Under the pieces are notes generated by a model. That model ran no database searches and had not been told where the DNA came from. It was given only the letters and a program-made list of their open reading frames with translations. DNA of 64,000 nucleotides from Alphaproteobacteria bacterium (lineage in GTDB: Bacteria; Pseudomonadota; Alphaproteobacteria; Rickettsiales; SXRF01), in assembly GCA_033763775.1 (NCBI GenBank), contig JANRJW010000010.1, positions 90,430-154,429 of the forward strand, given 5' to 3'. Positions 8,803 to 19,764 of this stretch are shown here, piece after piece (the stretch's first letter is position 1; every line of letters begins with the position of its first letter). A program made the position numbers and the translations under genes.

Positions 8803-10224
8803 TCAAGCATAAACCGCTCCCTTGATAGCCTGCTGTTTCGGCGGGTTCACGGTGCGCCAGCAATTATAAAGCATGATGACCATGCCCGCGAGATAGAGCG
8901 CGCCGCCGAGCGCACGGATGAGGTAGTAAGGGTGCATCGCCTCCACCGTTTCCACAAAGGAATATTCAAGAAAACCAAGGCTGTCATAAGCACGCCACAT
9001 CAGCCCCTGCATGATGCCGGCCACCCACATGGCGCTGATATAGAGCACGATGCCGATGGTGGCGACCCACAGATGGGTATTCACCAGCTTCAGCGAATAG
9101 ATCTCCTGCTTTTTCCACAGCACCGGCACCAGATAGTAAATCGCGCCGAAGCTGATAAACGCCACCCAGCCGAGCGCACCGGAATGCACATGGCCGATCG
9201 TCCAGTCGGTGTAATGGGAGAGCGAGTTCACCGCCTTGATCGACATCAGCGGCCCTTCAAAGGTGCTCATGCCATAAAAGGCGAGCGCGATGATCATGAA
9301 GCGCAAAACCGGGTCATCGCGCAGTTTGTTCCATGCGCCCGATAACGTCATCACACCATTGATCATACCGCCCCAGCTTGGCATCCACAGCATGATGGAA
9401 AAGGTCATCCCTAAGGTTTGTGCCCAGTCGGGAAGCGCGGTGTAGTGCAGATGGTGTGGCCCCGCCCAGATATAAATAAAAATCAGCGACCAGAAATGAA
9501 GGATGGACAGGCGGTACGAATAAATCGGACGGTTCGCGCGCTTGGGAATGAAATAATACATGATGCCAAGAAAGCCCGCTGTGAGGAAGAAGCCCACCGC
9601 ATTATGGCCATACCACCATTGAATCAGCGCTGACTGCACCCCGCCCCACACCGGCACGCTTTTCGCGCCAAGGCCGGAAACCGGAATGCTGATACCGTTG
9701 ACCAGATGCAGCACCGCCACGGTGGCGATGAAGGCAAGGAAAAACCAGTTCGCCACATAAATATGCGGCTCCTCGCGCTGTTTAAGTGTCATCAGAAACA
9801 CGATGAGATACGCCACCCACACCACGGTCAGCCACAGATCGGCATACCATTCCGGCTCGGCATATTCCTTGCCCTGCGTCACGCCCAGCACATAACCAAG
9901 CGCTGCGATCACAATAAATGTCTGATACCCCCAGAAGGTGAAATTCGCGAGCTTGTCATTCCATAGCCGCGTGCGGCAGGTTCGCTGTACCACGAAATAG
10001 GAGGTGGCAAACAGCACGCTACCACCGAAAGCAAAAATCACTGCCGAGGTGTGCACCGGGCGCAAGCGTCCAAAGGAAAGATACGGCTCGAAATTAAGCC
10101 AAGGAAACGCCATCTGCAGGGCGATCACGAGGCCGACCAGCATGCCCACCGCGCCCCAGAAAAGCGCTGCGATGGTGAATTTTTTGACGATATCGTCGTT
10201 ATATATAGGGGCGGGTTTGTGCAT
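8803..10224 (-). CDS. ccoN: cbb3 oxidase subunit I
   Basis: [28 protein letters not shown]; start at the ATG overlapping the upstream TAA (TAATG). Confidence 0.97.
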   Translation of the reverse strand: MHKPAPIYNDDIVKKFTIAALFWGAVGMLVGLVIALQMAFPWLNFEPYLSFGRLRPVHTSAVIFAFGGSVLFATSYFVVQRTCRTRLWNDKLANFTFWGYQTFIVIAALGYVLGVTQGKEYAEPEWYADLWLTVVWVAYLIVFLMTLKQREEPHIYVANWFFLAFIATVAVLHLVNGISIPVSGLGAKSVPVWGGVQSALIQWWYGHNAVGFFLTAGFLGIMYYFIPKRANRPIYSYRLSILHFWSLIFIYIWAGPHHLHYTALPDWAQTLGMTFSIMLWMPSWGGMINGVMTLSGAWNKLRDDPVLRFMIIALAFYGMSTFEGPLMSIKAVNSLSHYTDWTIGHVHSGALGWVAFISFGAIYYLVPVLWKKQEIYSLKLVNTHLWVATIGIVLYISAMWVAGIMQGLMWRAYDSLGFLEYSFVETVEAMHPYYLIRALGGALYLAGMVIMLYNCWRTVNPPKQQAIKGAVYA

Positions 10225-10877
10225 TACCTGAAACTCCTTGCAGCTAAAACGAGTAATGTGAGGCCACTGGTAGCCATGCCGAAGCGGCCGATGGTGTGCA
10301 TGAGGCGTTGCCATTTGAAAGCGAGTGCGGCGGCGAAACCGCTCGATGCCAGCAGCACCGGCATGGTGCCGAGTACAAACAACCACATCGCCACCATCGC
10401 CTGCAGTGGGTTTGCGAGTGCCCCTGCCATCATCAGCGCCGCATAAAGCAGGCCGCACGGCATGAAGCTCATCGCCATGCCGCGGACAAAACCATTGCCG
10501 CCAGTCATCCATCGTGAAGTGAGATTGCTATGGGAAGGCATCAGGCTGCTGGCGATGAAAAGTAGCGCCGCCAGAACCATCATGCCGCTGGAGATCGCCG
10601 GCCAGAACGGGCTGGTTGCAATTTGCCTGGAAAGAAGCGCAGCGACAAAACCCAGCGCGCCATAAACAACAAGCCGGCCAAGATGGTAGTGCCACTGCGA
10701 CGCGATGCTCAGCTTTTTACCACATGCCCCGCCGCACGCCGCCTGGCAGGCCACCATCGGCCCGCACATGACAAGGCAGTGCGTCAGGCTGCCAGCAAGG
10801 CCGCCCAGAAAAAACACCGCCATCAGACCCGATTGACTTGAAAACTGCGCACTGCAATGCGATAACAACGCTTCCAC
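10224..10877 (-). CDS. DsbD_2/TauE-like membrane protein associated with cco operons
   Basis: [30 protein letters not shown] motifs. Confidence 0.85.
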   Translation of the reverse strand: MEALLSHCSAQFSSQSGLMAVFFLGGLAGSLTHCLVMCGPMVACQAACGGACGKKLSIASQWHYHLGRLVVYGALGFVAALLSRQIATSPFWPAISSGMMVLAALLFIASSLMPSHSNLTSRWMTGGNGFVRGMAMSFMPCGLLYAALMMAGALANPLQAMVAMWLFVLGTMPVLLASSGFAAALAFKWQRLMHTIGRFGMATSGLTLLVLAARSFR

Positions 10878-10925
10878 AAACTCTCCCTAACGCTAGCTGT
10901 CTACCGCGTTAGCCGGAGTCATGCC

Positions 10926-10939
10926 TTGATATGCATCAA
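10926..10939. promoter_or_regulatory. FNR/FixK box upstream of the cco operon
   Basis: Perfect TTGAT-ATGC-ATCAA about 50 bp upstream of the first gene. Confidence 0.9.
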
Positions 10940-11081
10940 GACAAAATAAATCTAAAATATTTAATAAAAACAGTCGGATGAAGCAATTCTGACTGATTTA
11001 ATAATAATTAAGGTTTTTTTGCAATAATCATGTTAAATAAGTCGGGTAACAGTTCCGCAAGTCCAGAAAATTGGAAGATCT

Positions 11082-12701
11082 ATGTCGCCATTGCGTCCTG
11101 CAGGAGAGAATTCAGCAAAAAAACAGCCTATGGCCGAAGCTTACGCGCGCGAGCTGGTTCAGCCATATACCTACAAAGTTAATCAATCACCTGAGGAAAA
11201 CAACCGGCAGATTTTCCGTCGCCCATTTCTGATCAACAAAAAAGTTTTTTTTGATCGCTTTGAGCCGCGCGAAACAATCAAACCGAACGATATCTATCTC
11301 GGTGTTGCTGGGTTTAATTCGCTGGATCTCATCTGCAAGCAGTCAAAAAACAAAGAGCACTACCAGCAGGCAGCTTTATTCGATATCAACCGATCGCAGC
11401 TTTGTGCTATGAATGAGGTGCTTGATGCGGTGAAGCTATGCGATACAGCAGATGAATTTATTAAAAAATACATTCATATTAATAGTAAATATCGAAAAGA
11501 TCCTGAGCATAACTCCGAGCGTCCGGAATCCATGGAATTTAAAAATGCGTGGGATGAAGAAAAGAAACTCTATCATGAAGTGCTGGGCGCGGCGAAGCCT
11601 GAATATCAACCTCAGGGTGGCCCAGAGCTGAAAGAATATTTGAAAAGCCTGGGGAAAAATGAATCCAGCTGGCTGCATCCTGATAATTTTAGGCTTATCA
11701 AAGAGCTGGTTAAAAATGAAAAAATAAAACTATTCACGCTTGATCTGCGCGATGAAAATCGTTTTGGCCATCTACGCGAGTGGCTGAAAAAATCTCATCT
11801 TGTCGTGGGTGATATGTATATTTCTTCGATCCGCAGTTTCATGGATCCCGCCCTTCGAACCGACTACCACAGTAAAAGCTCAGGCAATAAGCTAAAAGAT
11901 GCACAGAGCTTTTATGATGACCTGCTCAGCCTTGCTCAGGATGGAACTAGGTTTTTATCATCCGAACCCAACCGCGATCAATCCTGCCTGCAGGACTACT
12001 ATGTGACTGCCATGTCAAAGAAAAATATGCAGGAATATCGTAATAGTCTTCGGAACATCAAACCACAGAATGAGAAACACGATTACCAGTTTGAAGCGGG
12101 CGGCATGACCTGGCGCATGCTGAGTGTTGCAGCGGGTGAACCAGGCGATGCACCGCCGCGTTATTTCAGAATTTTTGCTGACAAACCATCGCCAAAAAGC
12201 AAGCTTCCGCAAGCTAGAGAAATGCGTGATCGTATTCAAAAAATCATCGATGAGTTTAACGTGGGGCGGGAAGGCACTCAGAAGCTTTTATTAAGCGATC
12301 AGCAAATAGTTGATGATGATGTCAAGAAACTCGTGAATGAAAGAACCCCGGTTCAGATTTACAGCTATGATCAAGAGCAAATCAAAAAAGCGAATAGTGG
12401 TAAAACCGGCTATCTTTCAACCAAGCCGTTTGCGATCGATATGAAGCGGCAGCCACAAAACATTGAGGATCGCGATCCAGCGAAACTACTCAAAGAGATT
12501 GAGCTCAAAATTAAGAATGAGCTGGACAAAGCCAAGCCGGAGCAAGCATTCAGCGAATCGGCGCCAGCGGCAAGGGACATTAAAGTAAATCGTAGTGCAA
12601 TTGATAGTCTTCTAAATCGCTCTGGTGCTGCGCCAATCGATGCAATCCGTGGTGCTGGGCGGCGTGGCCGCAGCGGCGGTGCTGCGCCGGGTATTTCATA
12701 A
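11082..12701 (+). CDS. Hypothetical Lys-rich protein in an AT-rich segment
   Basis: 539-aa ORF in AT-rich DNA with GGAAG upstream; no family securely recognised. Confidence 0.75.
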   Translation: MSPLRPAGENSAKKQPMAEAYARELVQPYTYKVNQSPEENNRQIFRRPFLINKKVFFDRFEPRETIKPNDIYLGVAGFNSLDLICKQSKNKEHYQQAALFDINRSQLCAMNEVLDAVKLCDTADEFIKKYIHINSKYRKDPEHNSERPESMEFKNAWDEEKKLYHEVLGAAKPEYQPQGGPELKEYLKSLGKNESSWLHPDNFRLIKELVKNEKIKLFTLDLRDENRFGHLREWLKKSHLVVGDMYISSIRSFMDPALRTDYHSKSSGNKLKDAQSFYDDLLSLAQDGTRFLSSEPNRDQSCLQDYYVTAMSKKNMQEYRNSLRNIKPQNEKHDYQFEAGGMTWRMLSVAAGEPGDAPPRYFRIFADKPSPKSKLPQAREMRDRIQKIIDEFNVGREGTQKLLLSDQQIVDDDVKKLVNERTPVQIYSYDQEQIKKANSGKTGYLSTKPFAIDMKRQPQNIEDRDPAKLLKEIELKIKNELDKAKPEQAFSESAPAARDIKVNRSAIDSLLNRSGAAPIDAIRGAGRRGRSGGAAPGIS

Positions 12702-12744
12702 GTTCAGTGTGTTATTTTTGTTAAAAATGAGCTATAGTGACACG

Positions 12745-13062
12745 ATGATGAAACGCCCGCTCTACTTGCTGATTGTGCTTCCGCTACTTGCTTCCTGCCG
12801 CCCGGCATGGCTGCTGACGGTTGATCCGGCGGGCACGCCGGAATATTCGCTCGGCTGGGAAGATGGCTGCGATTCAGGCCTCTCTGCCGAGGGATCGTGG
12901 TATTACAAAGTCATGTTCGGCTTTAAAAAGCGCCCGGAACTCGCGGCCAATGACCAATACAAGCAGGGCTGGAACGAAGGCTTTTCTTATTGCCGCTTCT
13001 CGCTCGCCTCATCCAAAGCGCCTTCCACTTGGGAAAGTATTGGTATGGGCAGCGGGTTTTAA
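12745..13062 (+). CDS. Hypothetical lipoprotein
   Basis: MMKRPLYLLIVLPLLASC lipobox; repeated YxxGWxxG motifs with two Cys. Confidence 0.75.
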   Translation: MMKRPLYLLIVLPLLASCRPAWLLTVDPAGTPEYSLGWEDGCDSGLSAEGSWYYKVMFGFKKRPELAANDQYKQGWNEGFSYCRFSLASSKAPSTWESIGMGSGF

Positions 13063-13114
13063 CACGCTGTTTACCGCTCTCTGGCATGATAAGTCTTTGA
13101 CCTGAGGAATTATC

Positions 13115-14485
13115 ATGCCCCATCAAATTGCTATTAACCCTGCCACCGGCGCTGAGATCGCACGCTACCAAGTCCATAGCGATGCTGAGGTGGATGACAT
13201 CATCCAAAAAACGCATCAGGCATTTCTTTCGTGGCGCAGCGTACCGGTCGTGCAGCGCGCAGCGGCGGTCGCGCGCGTGTCTGAGGTGATTTTAAAAAAT
13301 AAAGAGCGCTACGCTGCCATCATCGCCAGCGAAATGGGTAAGCCCTTCAAGGAATCCATTGCCGAGGTGGAAAAATGCGCCTCTGCAGCGCGCTATTACG
13401 GCGAGCATGGCGCTGAATTTCTGCAGGACAAAGCCGTTCCCACCGAATATCGGAGGAGCTATGTCACCTACCAGCCGATCGGCATTGTGCTGGGTGTCAT
13501 GCCATGGAATTTTCCATTCTGGCAGGTGCTGCGCTATGCGTTTCCGACCTTAGTTGCAGGTAACGGCGCACTTTTAAAACATGCTTCCAACACGCCGGGC
13601 TGCGCGCTCGCCATCGAGTCCATCTTTAAGGAAGCCGGTCTTCCGGAACATCTGTTTCGCAGCCTGCTGATTCCCGGCAGTCGTGTCGAGCGGGTGATAG
13701 CGGATCCGCGTATACGCGCGGTCACACTCACCGGCAGCACACCGGCGGGCAAGGCGGTGGCGGCCGCGGCGGGCAAGCATCTCAAAAAAACCGTCCTCGA
13801 GCTGGGCGGCAGCGATCCCTATCTCATTTTAGAGGATTGCGATATTGAGCACGCGATTAAAACCTGCGCAGCGAGCAGGCTGAATAATTGCGGCCAGTCC
13901 TGCGTATCGGCCAAGCGGATGATTGTGCTGGAAAAGCACCTTGCCCGTTTCGAGTCCGGAATCAAAGACATCTTCGAAAAAGCTGCGCTGGGTGATCCGA
14001 TGCAGGCTGCTTCCACCCTTGGGCCCATGTCGCGCGCCGATCTTCGCGATGAGCTGCATGAGCAGGTAATGCGCTCGGTGAAAGCCGGCGCACGTCTCGT
14101 ACTTGGTGGCCAGAACCCCGGCGGCGCCAGCGCGTTTTACCCGCCGACCATTCTCTCGGATGTTAAAAAAGGCATGGCCGCGTATGAGGAAGAATTTTTC
14201 GGGCCGGTGGCCATCATCATTCCGGCCAGAAGCGAAGAAGAGGCGATCGCGATTGCTAACGACACGCCTTTTGGTCTTGGCGGCGCGGTGTTTTCAACCG
14301 ATCTTGCGCGCGCTGAAGCGATTGCGCGTGAGCGGGTGGATTCCGGGCTGTGCTTTGTGAACATGATGGTGCGTTCTGATCCGCGCCTGCCATTTGGCGG
14401 GGTGAAGGAAAGTGGCTATGGCCGCGAGCTGGGGCCTTTCGGCCTGCACGAGTTTGTGAACATCAAAACGGTGATTGTCGCTTAG
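13115..14485 (+). CDS. NAD(P)-dependent succinate-semialdehyde dehydrogenase-like ALDH
   Basis: MPWNFP, LTGS, LELGGSD, GQSC, EEFFGP, FGGVKESGYGRE. Confidence 0.9.
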   Translation: MPHQIAINPATGAEIARYQVHSDAEVDDIIQKTHQAFLSWRSVPVVQRAAAVARVSEVILKNKERYAAIIASEMGKPFKESIAEVEKCASAARYYGEHGAEFLQDKAVPTEYRRSYVTYQPIGIVLGVMPWNFPFWQVLRYAFPTLVAGNGALLKHASNTPGCALAIESIFKEAGLPEHLFRSLLIPGSRVERVIADPRIRAVTLTGSTPAGKAVAAAAGKHLKKTVLELGGSDPYLILEDCDIEHAIKTCAASRLNNCGQSCVSAKRMIVLEKHLARFESGIKDIFEKAALGDPMQAASTLGPMSRADLRDELHEQVMRSVKAGARLVLGGQNPGGASAFYPPTILSDVKKGMAAYEEEFFGPVAIIIPARSEEEAIAIANDTPFGLGGAVFSTDLARAEAIARERVDSGLCFVNMMVRSDPRLPFGGVKESGYGRELGPFGLHEFVNIKTVIVA

Positions 14486-14499
14486 TTGTCACTTCATCC

Positions 14500-14649
14500 G
14501 TCATTCCCCGAATTTAGCCAGCAGGCGAAATTATAGGGGAATCCACATTAAAAATGTCAGCAGACATTTTTAGACGCAAAAAGTCTTCTGACTTTTTGCT
14601 GTTCTGGATCCCGGATAAATTTTTCTGCTGAAAAATTTGCCGGGATGAC
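14500..14649. repeat. Family C element between convergent genes
   Basis: gtcattcccc...ggggaatcca and tggatcccgg...ccgggatgac ends; internal aaaaatgtc-N4-gacattttt hairpin. Confidence 0.85.
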
Positions 14650-14688
14650 AGCATTGCTAAGCGCGTGATGCGCGCTAACCAATGCTAG

Positions 14689-15735
14689 TCAACTCTTCCA
14701 CCTCAGCACCTTTTCTTTAATCGGATTCACAAACGGCTCGCGCGCCGCTTGCGCCGCGATGAATTCGCGCTTGATCTTGAAATACCACAGCGCCTGCTGG
14801 TCGGCATCGCCCAGCAGCATCAGCGAGGGGTGCCCTTCCACCAGCCCTTCCTGCTGCATCTTCACCACCTTTACGTCCTGCTGAATAAATTTTCTGCCAA
14901 ACGGTTTCAGCAGCGGCATCAGCAGTTTCAGCAGCGGAATCGTAGTAAAGACGAACTGGTGCAGCCGTGTGTTTTTTTCATCTTCCGGTGTCAGCGCGGT
15001 GAGCAGTATAATGTGATGGTGACCGACGGTGATATGCTCGGTGCGAAAGCCGGGCAGCTCGAAAGCAATCTCGGTGGTGCGGTCGCCGCCTAAGATTTTG
15101 TAGGCACGTGAGTTGGAAGATGGCTTGTGCTGCGCCATTTTAAAGCCGTGGGTCGTGGGCGCAAAATGCTTTTGTTTTTCGTGCATCGAGCGGGTGCTGC
15201 GCCACCACCACGACGCATGCACAAACGGCCCATGCGAGGGATCCATCAGCCCGATCACCGCATGGTCGATAGGGCAGGGCAGGTGCACTGAGTCCACCAC
15301 GTCAAAATCCAGCGCTGGGTGGGCAGGGATGGCGGGCAGGGGGGGCAGATTTTCCGGCGCGCGCGTTTTGGGGGCGGGGACATACACCCAGATGAGCCCA
15401 TAATGCTCTCGGCAGGGAAAGGATTGAGCGCGGATGCGTGAAATATCAACCGTTTCGCTTTCGGAAAGCGAGGGAATGGCGGTGCACTGACCGCTGCAAT
15501 CAAAGCGCCAGCCATGGTAGCAGCATTCAATTTCCTTGCCGTCAAACGTGCCGTAAGAAAGTGGAATACCGCGATGCGGGCAGAAATCCCGCAGGGCAAA
15601 TGGCTCACCAGCCTCACTGCGGCCGAGCAGCAGCTTCACGCCAAGCATCTGTACTTTCTTTGTTTTCCCGCGCGCAAGCGCCTTCGCATGTGCAGCGACA
15701 TACCAGGCATCATAGATCAGTTCGGTGTTCGTCAT
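14689..15735 (-). CDS. Rieske non-haem iron oxygenase, alpha subunit
   Basis: CPHRG...CCYHGW Rieske motif; DPSHGPFVH iron ligands. Confidence 0.9.
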   Translation of the reverse strand: MTNTELIYDAWYVAAHAKALARGKTKKVQMLGVKLLLGRSEAGEPFALRDFCPHRGIPLSYGTFDGKEIECCYHGWRFDCSGQCTAIPSLSESETVDISRIRAQSFPCREHYGLIWVYVPAPKTRAPENLPPLPAIPAHPALDFDVVDSVHLPCPIDHAVIGLMDPSHGPFVHASWWWRSTRSMHEKQKHFAPTTHGFKMAQHKPSSNSRAYKILGGDRTTEIAFELPGFRTEHITVGHHHIILLTALTPEDEKNTRLHQFVFTTIPLLKLLMPLLKPFGRKFIQQDVKVVKMQQEGLVEGHPSLMLLGDADQQALWYFKIKREFIAAQAAREPFVNPIKEKVLRWKS

Positions 15736-15751
15736 AGGCAGCTACAAAAAA

Positions 15752-15767
15752 TGTTTCACGTGAAACA
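15752..15767. promoter_or_regulatory. parS centromere-like site
   Basis: TGTTTCACGTGAAACA, the canonical parS, inside a 28-bp perfect palindrome (15746-15773). Confidence 0.85.
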
Positions 15768-15811
15768 TTTTTTAGCACAGCCGCGAAAATTGCCCAGCAA
15801 ATTCCCGCTTA

Positions 15812-17085
<1,274 letters not shown>

Positions 17086-17089
<4 letters not shown>

Positions 17090-18678
17090 GCGGCATTCCT
17101 TTCGGTGTTTACCAGCCTTTCATACGCCGGAAGCGTTAAGAAATCCTGAAGTTCGCTGGCCAGCACAATGTCCGAAAGAAGGCTTTTTGCGGCTTCAAAC
17201 TGCGCAGATGGGTAGTTAGCTCCTTGCTCCCGTTTGATTTTTTCCATCTCTTCAGCAAGCATCGCCTGATAAAGCGCGCTATCAATCTTTCTGCCATCAT
17301 CCAGCATGGCTTTTGGATGATGCACCCATTGCCACAGCTGCGTGCGTGAGATTTCTGCCGTTGCGGCATCTTCCATCAAATTAAAAATCGGCACGCAGCC
17401 CTGACCGGAAAGCCACGAAGCCAGATAGCGCAGCGAAACGCTGATGTTATTACGAAGGCCAGCCTCGGTGATGGTGCCGCTAGGCGGCGTAAGCAGCTCC
17501 TGCTGGCTGGTAGAAAAGTCATCAAGCGTTCGGTGAAGCTGGTTGGGGGTTGGCATCAGCCGGTCGAAGATCTCCATCGCAATCGGCACCAGCGCGGGAT
17601 GCGCGACCCACGTGCCATCATGGCCATCGCCTGCCTCACGCTCTTTATCCGCTCGGACTTTGGCAAGCGCAGCGTCGTTCGCCGCCGGATCGTTCTTGAT
17701 TGGAATCTGCGCCGCCATGCCGCCCATCGCCATGGCACCGCGCTGATGACAAGTCTGAATCACCAGCCGCGAATAGGCGCGCAAGAACGGCTGCGTCATG
17801 GTCACCTGCGCGCGGTCAGGCAGCAGAATATCCGGGTGAGCGCGCAGCTTTTTGAGATAGCTGAAAATATAGTCCCAGCGGCCGCAATTGAGCGCCACAA
17901 TCCAGTCCCGCAGCTCATAAAGAATTTCATGCAGCTCGAAAGTGGCGGTGATGGTTTCAATCAGCACCGTGGCGCGGATACTCCCATGGGGTATGCCAAG
18001 CGCTTCTTCGCTGAACCCGAAAATATCCGCCCAGAGCCTTGCTTCAAGATGGCTCTCGAGTTTTGGTAAATAGAAATAAGGTGCGGTGCCGAGCGCCAGC
18101 TGCTCACGCGCATTGTGAAACAGAAACAGCCCAAAATCAAACAGCGCGCCGGGGATGGGTTTACGCGCAAGCAGCACATGTTTTTCATCCAGATGCCAGC
18201 CGCGCGGGCGCACAAACAAAATCGCCGGTTTATCTACGAGTTTATAATGCTTGCCCTCGGGGCTGACATAATCAATCGTGCGGCGCACAGCATCACGCAT
18301 ATTGAGCTGGCCATCCAGCGTGCCTTCCCATGTCGGCGCGTGGGCGTCTTCAAAATCGGCCATGAACACACGCGCGCCCGAGTTCAGCGCATTGATCACC
18401 ATCTTGCGATCGACCGGGCCGGTGATCTCCACGCGGCGGTCAAGAAGCTCGGCGGGAATAGGGCCGATCTTCCAATCGCCCTCACGAATATGTTTCGTAT
18501 CCGAAATGAAATCCGGTTTTTCGCCAGCATCAAAACGCTTCTGGCGAGCGGCGCGCATGGCGAGCAATTCATCCCGCCGCGCCGCAAAGCGGCTGGCGAG
18601 CGTTTCCACAAACGCCAGTGCCTCAGTGGTTAGAATTGGTTGATGATGCGGCGCTACCGCTGCACGAAGTTCCAGCAT
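17086..18678 (-). CDS. aceB: Malate synthase A
   Basis: [38 protein letters not shown]. Confidence 0.97.
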
Positions 18679-18723
18679 AAAGCCTCCATGAATGAAGGCG
18701 TTACCATGCCAGAATTATGACGG

Positions 18724-19581
18724 TTAGACAATCGCGGCGACGTGTGAGGCTGCCTGCTGGCGCTGGGCATCAATTGTCGCCACATAGGATTTGGCGGGCT
18801 TTTCCTCGCGCGGCGCTGGTGTTTCTACCGGCGCGGCGGGCTCGGATGCGGTGGGTTTCTTTTCTGTCTTGCGCGCGATGAAGCGGCTGGAAACATAAAG
18901 CCCCGCTGTGCAGACCGAGGTGTAAAACAGTTCAAAAATACCGATGCCAGAGAGTGTTTTTAGGTCATGCTTGGCGATCCATTGAGGAAGTTTTTTAGTC
19001 TGAAGCCAGCTGCCTAATTTCTCGCCGGGCTCAGTAAACATTTTGTAATTCAGACTTGCGCCACCAATTTTTTTATCCAGCAAGTAGGCCGTGGGTGCGA
19101 CAATGCCGGCCGTGATAAAACGGCCGCCCAGCACGCTGAGCCAAGACTGTTTCGGTTCGGCTTTGTAGGCATCATCATTCTCTGGTGTGGTGCCCATTTT
19201 ATCATCAAACCACTTGCCGATTTTTTCACGCCTGTCTTCGACCAGCTTGACAACAGGTGCCAGCAGCGATCCGTCGAGGAAAGAGGAGAACACCATCTTA
19301 GAGACATTTGCAGACTCATGATTCATACCCATAGATTTAAATTTATCCATCAGCCAGTCGCCGCGCTGCTGGAAAAATTCACCCACTTTGCCGTAAATGA
19401 GCTTACCTTCTTTCGTGCGGTCGCCGCCCCGCGAGGTGAGGTAGGTCGCGCCCACAGAAATGCCAAACACCGCGAGGTTGGTCACAATCGGATACAGTAC
19501 CACATCAAACAGCTTAAGCCCCGGCGTGCGCTTGGCCGGCTCCTTATCTGGTTCGGTGGGTGGTGTATGTAACGTTTCCAT
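18724..19581 (-). CDS. Hypothetical membrane-associated protein downstream of the SAM-II-like riboswitch
   Basis: ORF with several moderately hydrophobic segments and Pro/Glu-rich ends; start placed at ATG 19581, downstream of the terminator. Confidence 0.75.
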   Translation of the reverse strand: METLHTPPTEPDKEPAKRTPGLKLFDVVLYPIVTNLAVFGISVGATYLTSRGGDRTKEGKLIYGKVGEFFQQRGDWLMDKFKSMGMNHESANVSKMVFSSFLDGSLLAPVVKLVEDRREKIGKWFDDKMGTTPENDDAYKAEPKQSWLSVLGGRFITAGIVAPTAYLLDKKIGGASLNYKMFTEPGEKLGSWLQTKKLPQWIAKHDLKTLSGIGIFELFYTSVCTAGLYVSSRFIARKTEKKPTASEPAAPVETPAPREEKPAKSYVATIDAQRQQAASHVAAIV

Positions 19582-19608
19582 GGCACTTTTTGAGATGCGC
19601 GGCGCACC

Positions 19609-19643
19609 AAACAAAAAACCACCAGCGGCTGGAACCGTGGTGG
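19609..19643 (-). terminator. Intrinsic terminator in the leader of the 18724-19581 gene
   Basis: Minus strand CCACCA-CGG-TTCCAG-CCG-C-TGGTGG followed by TTTTTTGTTT. Confidence 0.75.
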
Positions 19644-19657
19644 TGGATCTCTTGCCG

Positions 19658-19707
19658 CTTTAGCTGGTTGTTTAATGTGCCCGCAATTTGGGTTAAATCA
19701 GCACATT
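19658..19707 (-). ncRNA. SAM-II (SAM-alpha) riboswitch aptamer
   Basis: Minus strand AAUGUGC-UGAUUUAAC-CCAAAUUGCGG-GCACAUU-AAACAACCAGCUAAAG: P1 stem, UGAUUU, UUGC and 3' GCUAAA pseudoknot strand as in SAM-II. Confidence 0.82.
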
Positions 19708-19710
19708 CAC

Positions 19711-19739
19711 ACTATGTGCGGATGGCAGCCCTTTGTCAA
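19711..19739 (-). promoter_or_regulatory. sigma70-type promoter for the riboswitch leader
   Basis: TTGACA-17 bp-CATAGT immediately upstream of the aptamer. Confidence 0.7.
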
Positions 19740-19764
19740 AGTGCGAAATATGAAGATTTTGTGA

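Noticed and set aside
10225-10512. 96-aa N-terminal extension of CcoN in the ORF track
   Set aside because: It overlaps the upstream gene; the TAATG coupling at 10224 gives a normal-length CcoN.
10998-11011. CtrA box
   Set aside because: TTAA-N6-TTAA has the wrong spacing (N7 expected) and lies in AT-rich DNA.
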